DNA of 64,000 bases, from the IMG/VR virus record IMGVR_UViG_3300025073_000989; one strand, written 5' to 3'. The notes under the pieces are model-generated. The model was not told the DNA's origin. It was given only the letters and a program-made list of their open reading frames with translations, and searched no databases. A program made the position numbers and the translations under genes. This stretch comes from a virus. Its lineage: Duplodnaviria > Caudoviricetes. Below, in pieces: positions 10,645-21,631 of this stretch (positions are counted from its first letter, which is position 1; the number at the start of each line of letters is the position of its first letter).

Positions 10645-11715
10645 TTATAGAGAACGATCTATAATACCCATTCCTAGCATACGAGAGTCCAAACACGCAA
10701 ATCCCAAATCAGCCCACCCAAAAAATCCTTGCTTTTGTTTACGTAGTAAAGTAGGGTCATCGTGAGCCTCAAACTCTTTTCTGATCGGCATAACAAGTGA
10801 GTCATTAGTAGTTAGATCAAAACCAAGCACCTGAGTCTCGCCCAAAGTGTTAATAGTCCCATCAGCATTAACCAGATTTGGGTTTTCTATTGTGTAGGAA
10901 TTATAAGCCTCACTACCGTCAGCAATAAATTTACCAAAACTAGAAGCATTACCGTTAATATTATACATACCGGTTGCACCTAAATGCTGTACCTCATGTA
11001 ACTGCACATTCCAAATACTTCCCATACCTGAAGCTTGAAATATTTCTCTTCTGGTTACTGGATCGATATCTGTATCTGTCCACTCACGTATATCAGCCGC
11101 ATCTTCTGGGCTAACATAAAGATCTGTTAGTTTACGGCCAGTTCTCTTGAATCCTACAATCATCTTGTTTATCAATTCCTTCGAAAGATAACCAGCTCCA
11201 GTAGAAGCCGGATTAATTTCATAAATAGGAGCAGGTCTAGCACCTAATAAACCTTTACCAGAAAAAGAAGTTGTTGCGGCCGGCATAATTACTCTCCAAC
11301 CACATTCTTCTTCATAATTTGCTAAGTCTTTAGCAGCCCTAGCAGCAGCTTTTTGTGGAATATCAATTCTAGAATCTCTAGCATATGTTATCTTCCAATC
11401 ATAAGCTGTATCAATTGTGAATGTTGGTACAAACACCTCTTCCCCTATACCCTCAATAAAGTTCTGAGCAATATAACCTAGTCCTGGTAAAACCCACACT
11501 GGAATCTCAAAATCCTCTGCTATTGGATAAACAGCCTGAGCACCAGGAGCTAAACGTTCTACAGCAAAGAGATGTCTCATGATAGACTCTAATTCAATTT
11601 TTTGAAGTATTGGTACAGTAAGAGCTGAAGCAAAAGCTCTATATGCAGCCAATCCTTCAGGGGTATGAACTTCTGCGGTTGCCCTAAAAAGTTCCTGCAT
11701 TTCTTTTCGTTCCAT
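10645..11715 (-). CDS. Major capsid protein (HK97-fold)
   Basis: 356 aa, last gene of portal-protease-scaffold-decoration series, followed by a strong terminator. Confidence 0.8.
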   Translation of the reverse strand: MERKEMQELFRATAEVHTPEGLAAYRAFASALTVPILQKIELESIMRHLFAVERLAPGAQAVYPIAEDFEIPVWVLPGLGYIAQNFIEGIGEEVFVPTFTIDTAYDWKITYARDSRIDIPQKAAARAAKDLANYEEECGWRVIMPAATTSFSGKGLLGARPAPIYEINPASTGAGYLSKELINKMIVGFKRTGRKLTDLYVSPEDAADIREWTDTDIDPVTRREIFQASGMGSIWNVQLHEVQHLGATGMYNINGNASSFGKFIADGSEAYNSYTIENPNLVNADGTINTLGETQVLGFDLTTNDSLVMPIRKEFEAHDDPTLLRKQKQGFFGWADLGFACLDSRMLGMGIIDRSL

Positions 11716-11776
11716 AATTTAAATTCCTCCTAATTTTTATAGTTACGGATACACCTATAGGTGTATTAATCCGTTA

Positions 11777-12394
11777 TTATACTAACAGTTTAATTCTGAT
11801 AGGATAAAGAGTAGTATTGTTAATGTTGGCTGAACATTTAGTAGTACTTGCACCTTTAACTACTCTAGCTACAATAACATCAGAACAACGTTCCCCGGCA
11901 GTATCAGAACCATCTGAACTAACAGTACTATTTGTTACTTTTGCATCTTGAGCTGCTGGGTACAAAGCCAAACCAGGAGTCATAGCCACACTAGGTGTAG
12001 TATCACCTACACAAGTATAATGCACTGTATCCCAAATACCCAAATGTGCAACACCTACTGGTACTGCTTTAGTGCCTGTAATAGCACCAGATCCATTATA
12101 GGTGGGTTGAGCAATAGCGTCACTAGAACCTAAATCACCAGGCATCATAAATCCAGCAGGGTGTACTTGATGATAGCCAGTTTTAACTTTTTGCATTAAA
12201 AATCCAAATGGTGCCTCAGCAGTACCATGTGCCATTTTTTGAACTTCTGATTCTTGATTAGTGGCTCCTGTTACCAACTCTACAACTGCACCAGCATAAG
12301 CAACCACACCACCAACACCGGCAGAACCAGTTCCAGTCTGTGCTTTATAACTACAAAATTGATTCTCAACTACAGGATGTCTTGGTATAAACAT
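11777..12394 (-). CDS. Putative head decoration/minor capsid protein
   Basis: 205 aa G/A/T-rich, immediately upstream of MCP. Confidence 0.55.
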   Translation of the reverse strand: MFIPRHPVVENQFCSYKAQTGTGSAGVGGVVAYAGAVVELVTGATNQESEVQKMAHGTAEAPFGFLMQKVKTGYHQVHPAGFMMPGDLGSSDAIAQPTYNGSGAITGTKAVPVGVAHLGIWDTVHYTCVGDTTPSVAMTPGLALYPAAQDAKVTNSTVSSDGSDTAGERCSDVIVARVVKGASTTKCSANINNTTLYPIRIKLLV

Positions 12395-12408
12395 ATCCTT
12401 TATCCTCC

Positions 12409-13128
12409 TTATACTTCTTCGTTTTCTTGTTTAAAAACGGCGGCCATGGCTTTACCAAGATCACCGTATTTTTTAATTAAATCGTCGGACGGAGAGATCT
12501 CCAAATTCATAGCAGCCGCCAACGCCTTTCCTGTATCAATATCAGCCGGAGCAGTAGCAACACTTCCCTTGGCTTTAGCTTCGGCTTCGGCTTTAGCTTT
12601 GGCCTCAGCATCATCAAGCTTTTTAGCTTCTTCAGCCTCATGTAATTTTTTTGCTTCATCGAGCTCAGCCAAAACAGAAGCCCTTATAGAAATAAGTTCA
12701 TCTTTATAGGCAGAAAACTCCTCATCGCTCATCGTCAATACTTTAGCACGTTGGGATTCTTTATCTGATCTAACTACGCCAGCAGACTCCAAATCAGACA
12801 TTCGTTCCGTGGCTTTCTTATCCATTAACATATCTTCTACTGTTTTTTCAGCTTTTGCTGCTTTATCTTTAGTAACCTCAAGCTCAACCTTCGCCGCCTC
12901 AAGCTCAGATTTAAGTGTTAAGGCTAGTTTTTCAGATCCAGCTAGCTTTTCTGTTATAGTAGATACTTCTGTATTTTTTTCCTCCAAAGTAGTAGTAAGC
13001 TCTTCGATGACTTTAGCAGATTCCCCTAGGGCATCTTCAGTCCTTCTACGAGCATCCGCCTCTTCCTTTTCAGAAAAGATAGAAGCTACAACCGCTTCGA
13101 TGTCTTTTTTCATTTTATCGTCCATCAA
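12409..13128 (-). CDS. Putative capsid scaffolding protein
   Basis: Long E/K/A-rich coiled coil between protease and MCP; GGAGG RBS. Confidence 0.65.
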   Translation of the reverse strand: MMDDKMKKDIEAVVASIFSEKEEADARRRTEDALGESAKVIEELTTTLEEKNTEVSTITEKLAGSEKLALTLKSELEAAKVELEVTKDKAAKAEKTVEDMLMDKKATERMSDLESAGVVRSDKESQRAKVLTMSDEEFSAYKDELISIRASVLAELDEAKKLHEAEEAKKLDDAEAKAKAEAEAKAKGSVATAPADIDTGKALAAAMNLEISPSDDLIKKYGDLGKAMAAVFKQENEEV

Positions 13129-13145
13129 AACTCCTCCTTATATAC

Positions 13146-13153
13146 TATTTATA
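13146..13153 (-). promoter_or_regulatory. Possible T4-like late promoter TATAAATA
   Basis: TATAAATA just upstream of scaffold RBS; same octamer at 18544-18551; AT-rich genome makes chance matches likely. Confidence 0.3.
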
Positions 13154-13246
13154 TACAAGCTTTAATTTAATTTAATTTAGGTACCAACCTTATTAAATGA
13201 ACTATTTATTCCTTTTCCAAGTTTAATTTATATTAAACTAATAAAG

Positions 13247-13672
13247 TTATGGAAGCGATTGAGACGCTCCAGAATTACCTCTACAATAAATAGCTTCAAT
13301 GTATCTTGAACTTGATGCAGCACCCATCATAAACTTAACATCAAAATCAACATTGGATATAGTAGATGAAGATTTAATTTTTACTACATTATTCACAGTA
13401 TCTTTGTCTATCCAAACACGTACTGCTCCGGTATCACCAAGTGGAGTAACCGTAACGTTAGCATTAGAAGCAACCGTCATACCGTGCCAACCAATACCAC
13501 TAGCTACTGTTACTTCAGTACCTGACATGGATACAGTATCAGCCCAAATTACAGGCACTGTATGGTTATTACCCATGTTTTTATAGATAACCTTTAAGTT
13601 ATCATCTCCGCTGAGCTTGGTGATCTTAGGAGTACTGGATCTAGTGCCAGTTTGAGCTTTTCCTAAAGTCAT
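13247..13672 (-). CDS. Putative head-associated structural protein
   Basis: 141 aa beta-rich, in head module. Confidence 0.5.
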   Translation of the reverse strand: MTLGKAQTGTRSSTPKITKLSGDDNLKVIYKNMGNNHTVPVIWADTVSMSGTEVTVASGIGWHGMTVASNANVTVTPLGDTGAVRVWIDKDTVNNVVKIKSSSTISNVDFDVKFMMGAASSSRYIEAIYCRGNSGASQSLP

Positions 13673-13686
13673 AATAAAATTCCTCC

Positions 13687-14853
13687 TTATTTATTGTTCT
13701 TTAACATACTTTCTGCTTTGTCTAAAAGACTTTGCAAATTATAAATCTTGCTTTTACGCTGATCCTTATCATTCTTACACTTTATTAACTTCTCGGTATA
13801 AGCCTTTGCGGTATTACGAGCTACAGTTCTTAGACATTTTGGATCTGTTGTATCTCTAGAAAAAGAAGTACATCCTGTTTCAAACAAAGAGCACCAATCA
13901 GTATGTAATACTTCTGAATTTTGATCCTTAACTGTAGAGTTTATAACCTCTTTTTTGTAACTAACACAAATTCCAACTGTATCATTAGATTCCAATGCCG
14001 CTTTATCATCACTTGTCCTTTTCCCTACATTATTATTTTTATAATCCTCTGTAATTATAGAGGATACATTATTAGATTTATTTTTTTCTAATTTATCATA
14101 ATCCAACACTATTACAGCATTATCTTGCTTGTTATTGGCAGTCTCTAAAATTATAGACGGTGGATTAGCTGGATTTTTTACAATACCACAGCCAGAAAAG
14201 CATATACTTCTTAAAACTCTAGTAACAGTACCTTTGGCTACCTCAAGTCCGTTTTTTATTACCTTTGCCATTTTTCCAAAGTTATTATTTTTGCTAGCAT
14301 CAAAACCAAGCATTTCGGCTTCCTTCTTTGACAGTATTAAATCACCTATCTTTACATCGTACCCTTGATAATAACACTCCATAGATACTTTCCATTTTCC
14401 AGAAGCAACCTCTTCAGCAATACTTGGAAATCTGTTTTTATATACAATTCCAGCTATAACTATATGCATATCCTCTTTATCCAATAAAGCAGTCTCTTTA
14501 CTGGCTAACTCTTTAGTATCCAACCTATCTCCTGATTTACTAGTAAAAGCGTAATCGTATATATGCCCAATTATATCACTTTCTTCATGCTCAACATCCA
14601 AAGCCTTTGATGAAATAGTATCCTTAGCCAATACGAGCTCCGATGGAGTAAAAAAAGCATGATTTAAGTTTTCGCCCGAAGAAACAAAAATGGCCGTAAA
14701 ATACTGTAAATCTATTTGTCTTTCTTTTTCAGACGGTAATGCAATTACGGAGGATACCTCCTTTCTTAATTCATCTGTTTCCTCTAAAAGAGATATACTG
14801 GATTCCAGATAAAATCTATTATTTAAATTTGTACTCACTATTATATCCTCCAT
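13687..14853 (-). CDS. Prohead (capsid maturation) protease
   Basis: Position after portal; H...IIGHI, KVSMEC and FSGCGIVKNPANP motifs typical of phage prohead proteases. Confidence 0.7.
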   Translation of the reverse strand: MEDIIVSTNLNNRFYLESSISLLEETDELRKEVSSVIALPSEKERQIDLQYFTAIFVSSGENLNHAFFTPSELVLAKDTISSKALDVEHEESDIIGHIYDYAFTSKSGDRLDTKELASKETALLDKEDMHIVIAGIVYKNRFPSIAEEVASGKWKVSMECYYQGYDVKIGDLILSKKEAEMLGFDASKNNNFGKMAKVIKNGLEVAKGTVTRVLRSICFSGCGIVKNPANPPSIILETANNKQDNAVIVLDYDKLEKNKSNNVSSIITEDYKNNNVGKRTSDDKAALESNDTVGICVSYKKEVINSTVKDQNSEVLHTDWCSLFETGCTSFSRDTTDPKCLRTVARNTAKAYTEKLIKCKNDKDQRKSKIYNLQSLLDKAESMLKNNK

Positions 14854-14890
14854 ATTATAATTAAACTGTTCTAATTATTAAGTAGTTAGT

Positions 14891-16816
14891 TTATTGTTCA
14901 CGTCTTATTCTACTTAACTCATATAAAAAAGCTTCATATTGTTCGGAATCCATATTTTTTACAACATCTATTATAGTAATAGAAGATTCTGTTTGTTTAG
15001 GATTCTTAGTTGTTTGTCTTACTATCTTATCTGGATTGTTTTCTTTTGTCTTCTTTGTTGCCGGCTTACCTTTAGGTCTTCCAGAAGAGGGTGTACCAAC
15101 TGGGGCCCCTTGCGAAGGCTGTGACTTAGCTTGTTGCCAAGGCGATCCTAAAATGCCAAAAATTCCATCTTCTACCAGAGGTATTTCGTTAGTCATGTTC
15201 TCTAATTCATTAGCATAGTCAAAACCTAATGCCTCTAGCGCAGTTTCATAACTTAACATCCTTCTATCAACTAGTTGAGCAAGAGTACTCATATATAGAA
15301 TAGTATCTTTAAGTATACCTTCATCCCATCTAACTTTTGGAAATCTATCAAAACCCATAGCCTCGGCTATAAGCCTGTACTCTTTGTATATCCAGCGAGT
15401 AACTTGTCGTCTGGCGTAATTAATTTCCTCCATAAGCCCCTTTATTACTAAAGAGGCTTCGGCAGTACTTATATCACCAGTACCGTCTATAAAAGCCCTT
15501 GTAATAGCTAAACCACCTGTAATATCATCATTAACTTGAGCATACTTCTCTTTACCTAAAATACTTGAAATTTCTGGACTAACTATTTTTTCTACCTTCA
15601 AAGTGTGATTCCACACAACATCAAAAGATTTTGATGGTGTATTAAATAACTGAGCTATCGCTTCAAGTTCTGCCTCTTGTTGCACAGGAAACTCATCAGA
15701 ACCAATAGTAATTTTTAAAATATAGTTAGAAATACCATCCAAAGTACTTAAGTCTGCCTCTTTTAATGCTTTTTTATATTCAATACTATCAAATATTCTT
15801 AGAGATCTAGGTTTAGCATAACGCTCATATGGTTGCTTTCTGTAAAAAATGTTTCCTACTAATCTAGAATCTAGTAATACTTCACCGCCTTTTTCTGAAG
15901 CGCTTTTTATATCTGAAGGTAGAGATTTTAACATTGTTTTTTCTTCCTCAGAAAGATCTTTATTGTCTTTTTTAATTGTAGCTAATAATTCTGGAGGTAG
16001 TTTTAATCTAATAGATAATTTACTAAACAGCAAACTGCCATCTATAGTAACTAATTCAGGATTTAAAACAGTGTAGGATATAGGTAAATGTCCTTTTGAC
16101 CATATATTTTTCTTTGCTGATTGTTCTAATTTAGCAAGCTGTAGCTTATCAAAGTTTTTATCTTTTTTTACTTCTTCTAATAATAAGGCTAATTCTTTTT
16201 TAAAAGAGGCCTCTATATCTTCTAGTCTACCTTTGGCTTTTACTTGATCTACTTTTTTTGCTTTTTTTCCTGGCGCCGGAGAAACTATTGAAACTCTAGG
16301 TTCATATTTAGCTATAGCCTTGTATGTACTTACATTTCCTGTTTTAAAGAATTCAAGAAATACCCATTCCAACACCTCATCAAAGCCCACATCGAAAGCC
16401 CAAGTGTCGTAGAAATTTTTTATATCATGGTCATCAATATCATGCTCAAAACCTTTAGCAGCCATTGAGGCTAGTAAATTAACAGCACTTCCTAAAATAG
16501 GTTCCGTATAGTAGTATTTATTGGCCTTTTTTATAGCCTCTGTTGGACTCAGATCAAAAGGATCTTTGGCTGATAAATCTAAAACACCCCTACCTACAGA
16601 GTCTCTAGTTATAGTAGAAGCTTTTTCCCTAAATATATGCGGAATAATAGCAGACTCTGGTTTAAGATATGCTAGTGCTTTTGTGTTTTTTTCTGTTGGG
16701 TTTAAAAATAAAGTAGAAGTACCATTAGTCTCATTTATTTCAATATTCCTTATTCCAACGTCAGGATAACGAGCCCTAAGCTCTTCTGTAATCTTATTTG
16801 CTGTTTCTTGATCCAC
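14891..16816 (-). CDS. Portal protein
   Basis: 641 aa helical protein between terminase and protease, low-complexity P/K-rich C-tail. Confidence 0.75.
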   Translation of the reverse strand: MDQETANKITEELRARYPDVGIRNIEINETNGTSTLFLNPTEKNTKALAYLKPESAIIPHIFREKASTITRDSVGRGVLDLSAKDPFDLSPTEAIKKANKYYYTEPILGSAVNLLASMAAKGFEHDIDDHDIKNFYDTWAFDVGFDEVLEWVFLEFFKTGNVSTYKAIAKYEPRVSIVSPAPGKKAKKVDQVKAKGRLEDIEASFKKELALLLEEVKKDKNFDKLQLAKLEQSAKKNIWSKGHLPISYTVLNPELVTIDGSLLFSKLSIRLKLPPELLATIKKDNKDLSEEEKTMLKSLPSDIKSASEKGGEVLLDSRLVGNIFYRKQPYERYAKPRSLRIFDSIEYKKALKEADLSTLDGISNYILKITIGSDEFPVQQEAELEAIAQLFNTPSKSFDVVWNHTLKVEKIVSPEISSILGKEKYAQVNDDITGGLAITRAFIDGTGDISTAEASLVIKGLMEEINYARRQVTRWIYKEYRLIAEAMGFDRFPKVRWDEGILKDTILYMSTLAQLVDRRMLSYETALEALGFDYANELENMTNEIPLVEDGIFGILGSPWQQAKSQPSQGAPVGTPSSGRPKGKPATKKTKENNPDKIVRQTTKNPKQTESSITIIDVVKNMDSEQYEAFLYELSRIRREQ

Positions 16817-16834
16817 TATATCTCTCCACTAAGT

Positions 16835-17167
16835 CTATTTGTAATTAAATCTAGAAGACCGTTCATATACACTTATATCAGAACTAGCCCCAGTAGTACT
16901 AACTATATAAAAAGAAGCGTCCGTAGTGTCTTCCCACTCGCCACCATTACCTGTAATGATATAACCATCGCTAGCCTCGGAACCAGAAGCTGTTACTAGC
17001 GATACATCAACGGAACCTACGTTCTTAATTTTTATATAATTCCTTCGGCCTAAAGAAGCAGAAGGTACTGGTATAGGAGAGGTACCGCTTACAGTAACTC
17101 TACTTATATTTATTTTATCTCTGCTGTCCTGTCTACCGTACTTATCGTCCATACTATTAAAGCTCAT
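16835..17167 (-). CDS. Hypothetical protein (small beta-sandwich)
   Basis: 110-aa ORF with GGAGA RBS. Confidence 0.55.
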   Translation of the reverse strand: MSFNSMDDKYGRQDSRDKINISRVTVSGTSPIPVPSASLGRRNYIKIKNVGSVDVSLVTASGSEASDGYIITGNGGEWEDTTDASFYIVSTTGASSDISVYERSSRFNYK

Positions 17168-17187
17168 TTGAAGTCTCCTTTACAAAA

Positions 17188-18150
17188 TTAAAAAGGCACT
17201 GATATACCAATGCCATATGATTTTTCACTATTTGAATTAATACTAAACGTAGGTCCTACAAATAGATTTTCTACTAGTGGTAAAAAATTACCAACATTAT
17301 AGCTAAATGGGTACATACTTATAAAAAAAATATCTTTTGATCCCCCAGCGGCCATCCCAAAAAATCTCCAATCTATATCACGCTTTGTTCTTCCATAAGA
17401 AAATAAACTAACATCTATTGCTGGAAATATATCAACTGTGTCAATTATACCAGAAAAACCTATCCTAGGTCCCCATCTAAATTTCTTTTCCTGAAGCTCT
17501 CCTTTAGCCCAATTAACTGTTTTAACATTAATTGGAAATTTTTTACCTTTTGTAGAAGATACAAAATTATTTTCTATCCACATCTCAACATAACGTTCTT
17601 GTCCTTTATCACTCTCAGACTCAACTATGTTTACTCCTACATCTAACGGAAAGGATTGTGAAGAAAACTTATTATCCTCTGAAGCATTTGGACTAAAAAA
17701 TACCCTAGCTACTGGAAAAGACTCACCGTTAGATGCTGAACTTTCTACAATAAAGTCATACAAATCTTTTTTGTTGTCTTTTGGGTCTACATACACAGTA
17801 CCTACTCTAGGATCCGAATTAGTGTGACTTTGCAAACTTCCTACTATCTTAGCAACTTCCAATATTTTTTCATTATTTAGTTTTGCTTGCTTTATGGCAA
17901 TGCTGTTGTTTTTTTCCAACTCTTTTATAAGGCCTTTAAGTTCCTTGTTATTTTCTGACAGATGCACTTTAATTACATTTTCTGCTATATGCTCTATAGT
18001 AGTCTCATCATAGCCAGGTTTATCGTTGTTATTGTTTCTATCAAAATATTTTTGAGTATTTATCCATAAAAACACACATACAAAAATTACAGCACAAGAC
18101 TTAGTAATGTCCCATAGACTTATTTTAAACTTATTATTTTCAAATAACAT
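17188..18150 (-). CDS. Membrane-anchored protein (spanin-like or envelope associated)
   Basis: N-terminal TM, coiled coil, beta-rich C-terminus; next to holin-like gene. Confidence 0.45.
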   Translation of the reverse strand: MLFENNKFKISLWDITKSCAVIFVCVFLWINTQKYFDRNNNNDKPGYDETTIEHIAENVIKVHLSENNKELKGLIKELEKNNSIAIKQAKLNNEKILEVAKIVGSLQSHTNSDPRVGTVYVDPKDNKKDLYDFIVESSASNGESFPVARVFFSPNASEDNKFSSQSFPLDVGVNIVESESDKGQERYVEMWIENNFVSSTKGKKFPINVKTVNWAKGELQEKKFRWGPRIGFSGIIDTVDIFPAIDVSLFSYGRTKRDIDWRFFGMAAGGSKDIFFISMYPFSYNVGNFLPLVENLFVGPTFSINSNSEKSYGIGISVPF

Positions 18151-18168
18151 AAAGCACCCCTTTATTAC

Positions 18169-18522
18169 TTACTTGTCTGTATCAAAACTATACATACTAT
18201 TTACATTACTAATATTACGCATAGTAACTGCGCTTCCACAATCCTCTGGATCATTTTTTTCTACCAATGACGTATTCGCTATGATTCTACCTAAAGCTAG
18301 AGTAACAAACCCACCAAACAGTGCACTTAACCCTACTGAGTCACTTATCCATGGTGCTCCTGTTTTTTCATTTATGTGAAACATTCCATAAATTACAGGT
18401 ATATATAAAAGTACCATCCATTGATACTTTACAGAAGCTATGTTTCGTAATAACTTCATAAAAAACAAATCCCAAAAAGGCCATTCTTTTATAGTTAAGT
18501 CGCCTTCACCTGTTTCTATCAT
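18169..18522 (-). CDS. Putative holin-like membrane protein
   Basis: Two hydrophobic helices in 117 aa. Confidence 0.45.
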   Translation of the reverse strand: MIETGEGDLTIKEWPFWDLFFMKLLRNIASVKYQWMVLLYIPVIYGMFHINEKTGAPWISDSVGLSALFGGFVTLALGRIIANTSLVEKNDPEDCGSAVTMRNISNVNSMYSFDTDK

Positions 18523-18574
18523 AATAATTAATATAACTCCTAATATTTATAGTTCTATTTTATAAGAGGTTACT

Positions 18575-21500
18575 TTATTTCTTTTTACTTAAAATAGCCA
18601 TACTTAATCCCTTCTTAGTGGAACTATGACTAGCGCCTGTTTTATCTAAAACTGTCCAGGAACTTCCTGGGTGATGTGACCTAACCATACCACTAACATT
18701 ATGAAGTACAGGATCAGTATCCCCCTCTATCTCCTTTTCTACTAAACGTATACCGTATCCAGCCAAAATCAAAGCAGAATATAAGTCCTTGTTTTGTCCT
18801 TTTTTAGGAGTATCAAAATGCATAGCCCCACCAGAAGTTGGTGTAACTATAATATTAAGCATTTGTTTTTTTAAATCTTCTACAGTCTCATATCTAATAG
18901 CCTCCATATCTATAGTAGATACTGGGGGTTGTGGGAACAATAATTTCTTATCCTCCAACAAAGACAATGTAGCAAAATTAGCATCGGTTATCCAGGATGT
19001 ATTAAAATTAACCATCTCAAGAATATGTCTACCCTGCATATTTCTATGTTCATCGTTAGTTCTGTCTATAATAGGTGTCTTTCCACCATAACCTTCTTCC
19101 AATAAATCCATTACAGCCTTTCCGCCGCCGCCTTTATCCATAAACAACCTTATAACTCTATAGTTATCACAAACATCCTGGATGGCGGATGTTAGTTCTT
19201 GGGTAGTATGTTTTTTAAGTTCAATTACATTTACTATTCTATTGACAGTTCCTATTTTAACTATAACTACACCACAACTGGCACTACCTGCTTGGTTTGG
19301 GTCAACTCCAACAATGTATTGACCTTCCCTATCACCCGCCAGCTCTATATAAAAATTGGAACCCAAAGTACATGATTCTAACAAAGATGCTTTGAAAAAA
19401 CCATCAGAATCTGAAACCATAGCAGCCTCGTATTCCATACGAAACTCATGATTAGACATAACTCTTTTAGCTTCTTCAATATTATTTTTATCTAAAAACC
19501 CTTCTGGCAATAATGTATATGGTATTTGGTGAACAACAAAAGGACACTTAGAACTCAATAGATCACATTCTTCCATCTTTTTCCAATAAGCTCGCATCCT
19601 ATTATACATATGATTGAACTTATAATATCCTGAAGAGGTCATTATCATTTTATTCACCAATTCATCTTCAAAATCACTATCAATTGCTAAGCCTGCCTCA
19701 AGCAAAAGTTTTTTTCTTTCTAAAGCACGTACTTGTTCCATAGGATCCTGTTTGGTGGCACCCATAGGGCGTAAAACCATATCAACTATTTTGTTGGGAA
19801 CCTGTGCTAGTTCATCTACACATACCAAGTAAAAACGAGAACCACGTATTTTTGAACCATCATTACCTATTGGTAGTGCCTCTATAAAAGAGCCATTTTT
19901 ACCACCAACAGCTTTAAATTTTAAATTATGCGTATCTGCTCCGTGTGTAGGAGGACCAACACACGCTTCTCTAAATATAGATGATTTTGAGTATAGTTTT
20001 TCAATCTCACTAAACATCATTTTTGCTTGTCTAAAAGACGGGGCTATTAACCCAACTCTGTAACCTGGGTATAATAAACAACTTAGAGCAGATAACAAAC
20101 CTTGTAAATATGTATTGTGGTTTATAAAACCATTTGCAAAGTAATTAGGCTCTATGCTACATACCTCATCCATCTCAAAATCATAACAATCACCCTTCCA
20201 ATCATCTACATACACTACTGTATCAAAAAAATAGTTAGTTTTTAGAATATCTAAAAGTAGATTAAACTTGTCAATAAAATAACTATTTATTGTATAAGTA
20301 CTTGAAGATATAATTTTTATAATATCATGAATAAAGATACTAAGTGTAGAATAAGTTACTTCTTTTTTATTGCTTTTTTTAAATAATAAAAATTTTCCTG
20401 GAAAATTGTTACAATTCTTATTATTAAGTAATAGTAATATCTGTCTTAAATCCCAACAAATATCTTTTATATAAGGAATAGTATCTTTATTAACATTTAA
20501 CTTCTTAGACTCAAAATATTCATTTAGTATTTTTTGTTTTCTAGTTAACCTAAAACCAATTAACTCTTTAAACTTGAAAGCGTCTTCTGAAAACATATCA
20601 AGTAAGTAAGCTTTTCCAAAATTAGATTTGGTTTTTTTCTTCCTTAATCTGGCCACTATTCCAAAATTAAGAAGCATCAATTGTATCTCTATTAAAAGTT
20701 TTTTAGACACAGAACAACATGACACTCCGCCAGACCTTTTATCAACAGTACCATCAGTATCAAAATATCCCTGTAAAAAAGCTACTTGTGATTGTCTAGT
20801 AGAAGTTCTAATTGAATATGGTACTGATTTATTATAAGATAAAACCCTAGCTATACCGTACTTATCAAAAAACCATGAAAAATTATTATTACTAAAACCT
20901 ATTCTTAGAGTACAATCACCACTTTCGTACGATACACTGTATGGTATATTATTACGTATACAGTATTGAGAGGAAAAGGATAATATTTGTTCATCCTCAG
21001 ATGTCAAAGAAAAACTGTTTTTGTTTATACAACCGTCTCCTATCAATAAACCTATTAAATAAGCGTCATCTAAAGAAACTAAAGTATAACCAAAAGAGTT
21101 GTTCCCCCTCTGTAAGCACACTTTATCGCCTGGAATAAAATCTTCTAGTTTTTTATATATAAATTCACCATCTTTATTTAAAGTAAGTAGTGGATGGTGA
21201 TTACTGCCTTTACTAATAAATCCATTATTAGTTTTTAGTTGCTTACCTTCTATACCCTTTTCTAGACACAATCTTTTTGTACCCTTAAACCCATTTGAAG
21301 TATGTATATTAATATTCCAATCTATAACTTCTTCTTCACCGTCACGTAAATATGATGGTATAGGCGGTAAAATTTCATTTAAATAAACCAACCCTTTGTT
21401 TTTTTCATTAATAATACTTGATGTACAAACGCTTTTACCGAAACCTCTACCACATACAGCAATAACATAATCCTTAAACCACATGTCCTCAAAAACTACT

Positions 21501-21631
21501 CTTTGTATTGGAGCTAAATCTACTCCTAATAGATCGTACACTGCCACGCATGGATTCTGTCTATAAAAAGCTATTAACTGAGCACCTTGGCCCATAATAA
21601 CATCTATTTTTTTATCTCTATCAATAATCAT
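18575..21631 (-). CDS. terL: Terminase large subunit, intein-containing
   Basis: Walker A GRGFGK|T, Walker B VCVDELAQ, RuvC-like nuclease YIVGVDP and DLYSAL. Confidence 0.92.
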   Translation of the reverse strand: MIIDRDKKIDVIMGQGAQLIAFYRQNPCVAVYDLLGVDLAPIQRVVFEDMWFKDYVIAVCGRGFGKSVCTSSIINEKNKGLVYLNEILPPIPSYLRDGEEEVIDWNINIHTSNGFKGTKRLCLEKGIEGKQLKTNNGFISKGSNHHPLLTLNKDGEFIYKKLEDFIPGDKVCLQRGNNSFGYTLVSLDDAYLIGLLIGDGCINKNSFSLTSEDEQILSFSSQYCIRNNIPYSVSYESGDCTLRIGFSNNNFSWFFDKYGIARVLSYNKSVPYSIRTSTRQSQVAFLQGYFDTDGTVDKRSGGVSCCSVSKKLLIEIQLMLLNFGIVARLRKKKTKSNFGKAYLLDMFSEDAFKFKELIGFRLTRKQKILNEYFESKKLNVNKDTIPYIKDICWDLRQILLLLNNKNCNNFPGKFLLFKKSNKKEVTYSTLSIFIHDIIKIISSSTYTINSYFIDKFNLLLDILKTNYFFDTVVYVDDWKGDCYDFEMDEVCSIEPNYFANGFINHNTYLQGLLSALSCLLYPGYRVGLIAPSFRQAKMMFSEIEKLYSKSSIFREACVGPPTHGADTHNLKFKAVGGKNGSFIEALPIGNDGSKIRGSRFYLVCVDELAQVPNKIVDMVLRPMGATKQDPMEQVRALERKKLLLEAGLAIDSDFEDELVNKMIMTSSGYYKFNHMYNRMRAYWKKMEECDLLSSKCPFVVHQIPYTLLPEGFLDKNNIEEAKRVMSNHEFRMEYEAAMVSDSDGFFKASLLESCTLGSNFYIELAGDREGQYIVGVDPNQAGSASCGVVIVKIGTVNRIVNVIELKKHTTQELTSAIQDVCDNYRVIRLFMDKGGGGKAVMDLLEEGYGGKTPIIDRTNDEHRNMQGRHILEMVNFNTSWITDANFATLSLLEDKKLLFPQPPVSTIDMEAIRYETVEDLKKQMLNIIVTPTSGGAMHFDTPKKGQNKDLYSALILAGYGIRLVEKEIEGDTDPVLHNVSGMVRSHHPGSSWTVLDKTGASHSSTKKGLSMAILSKKK
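20114..21433 (-). mobile_element. 440-aa intein with LAGLIDADG homing endonuclease
   Basis: Starts at Ser67 after GFGK, ends FANGFINHN followed by Thr; two LAGLIDADG-like motifs (AYLIGLLIGDG, AFLQGYFDTDG). Confidence 0.92.
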
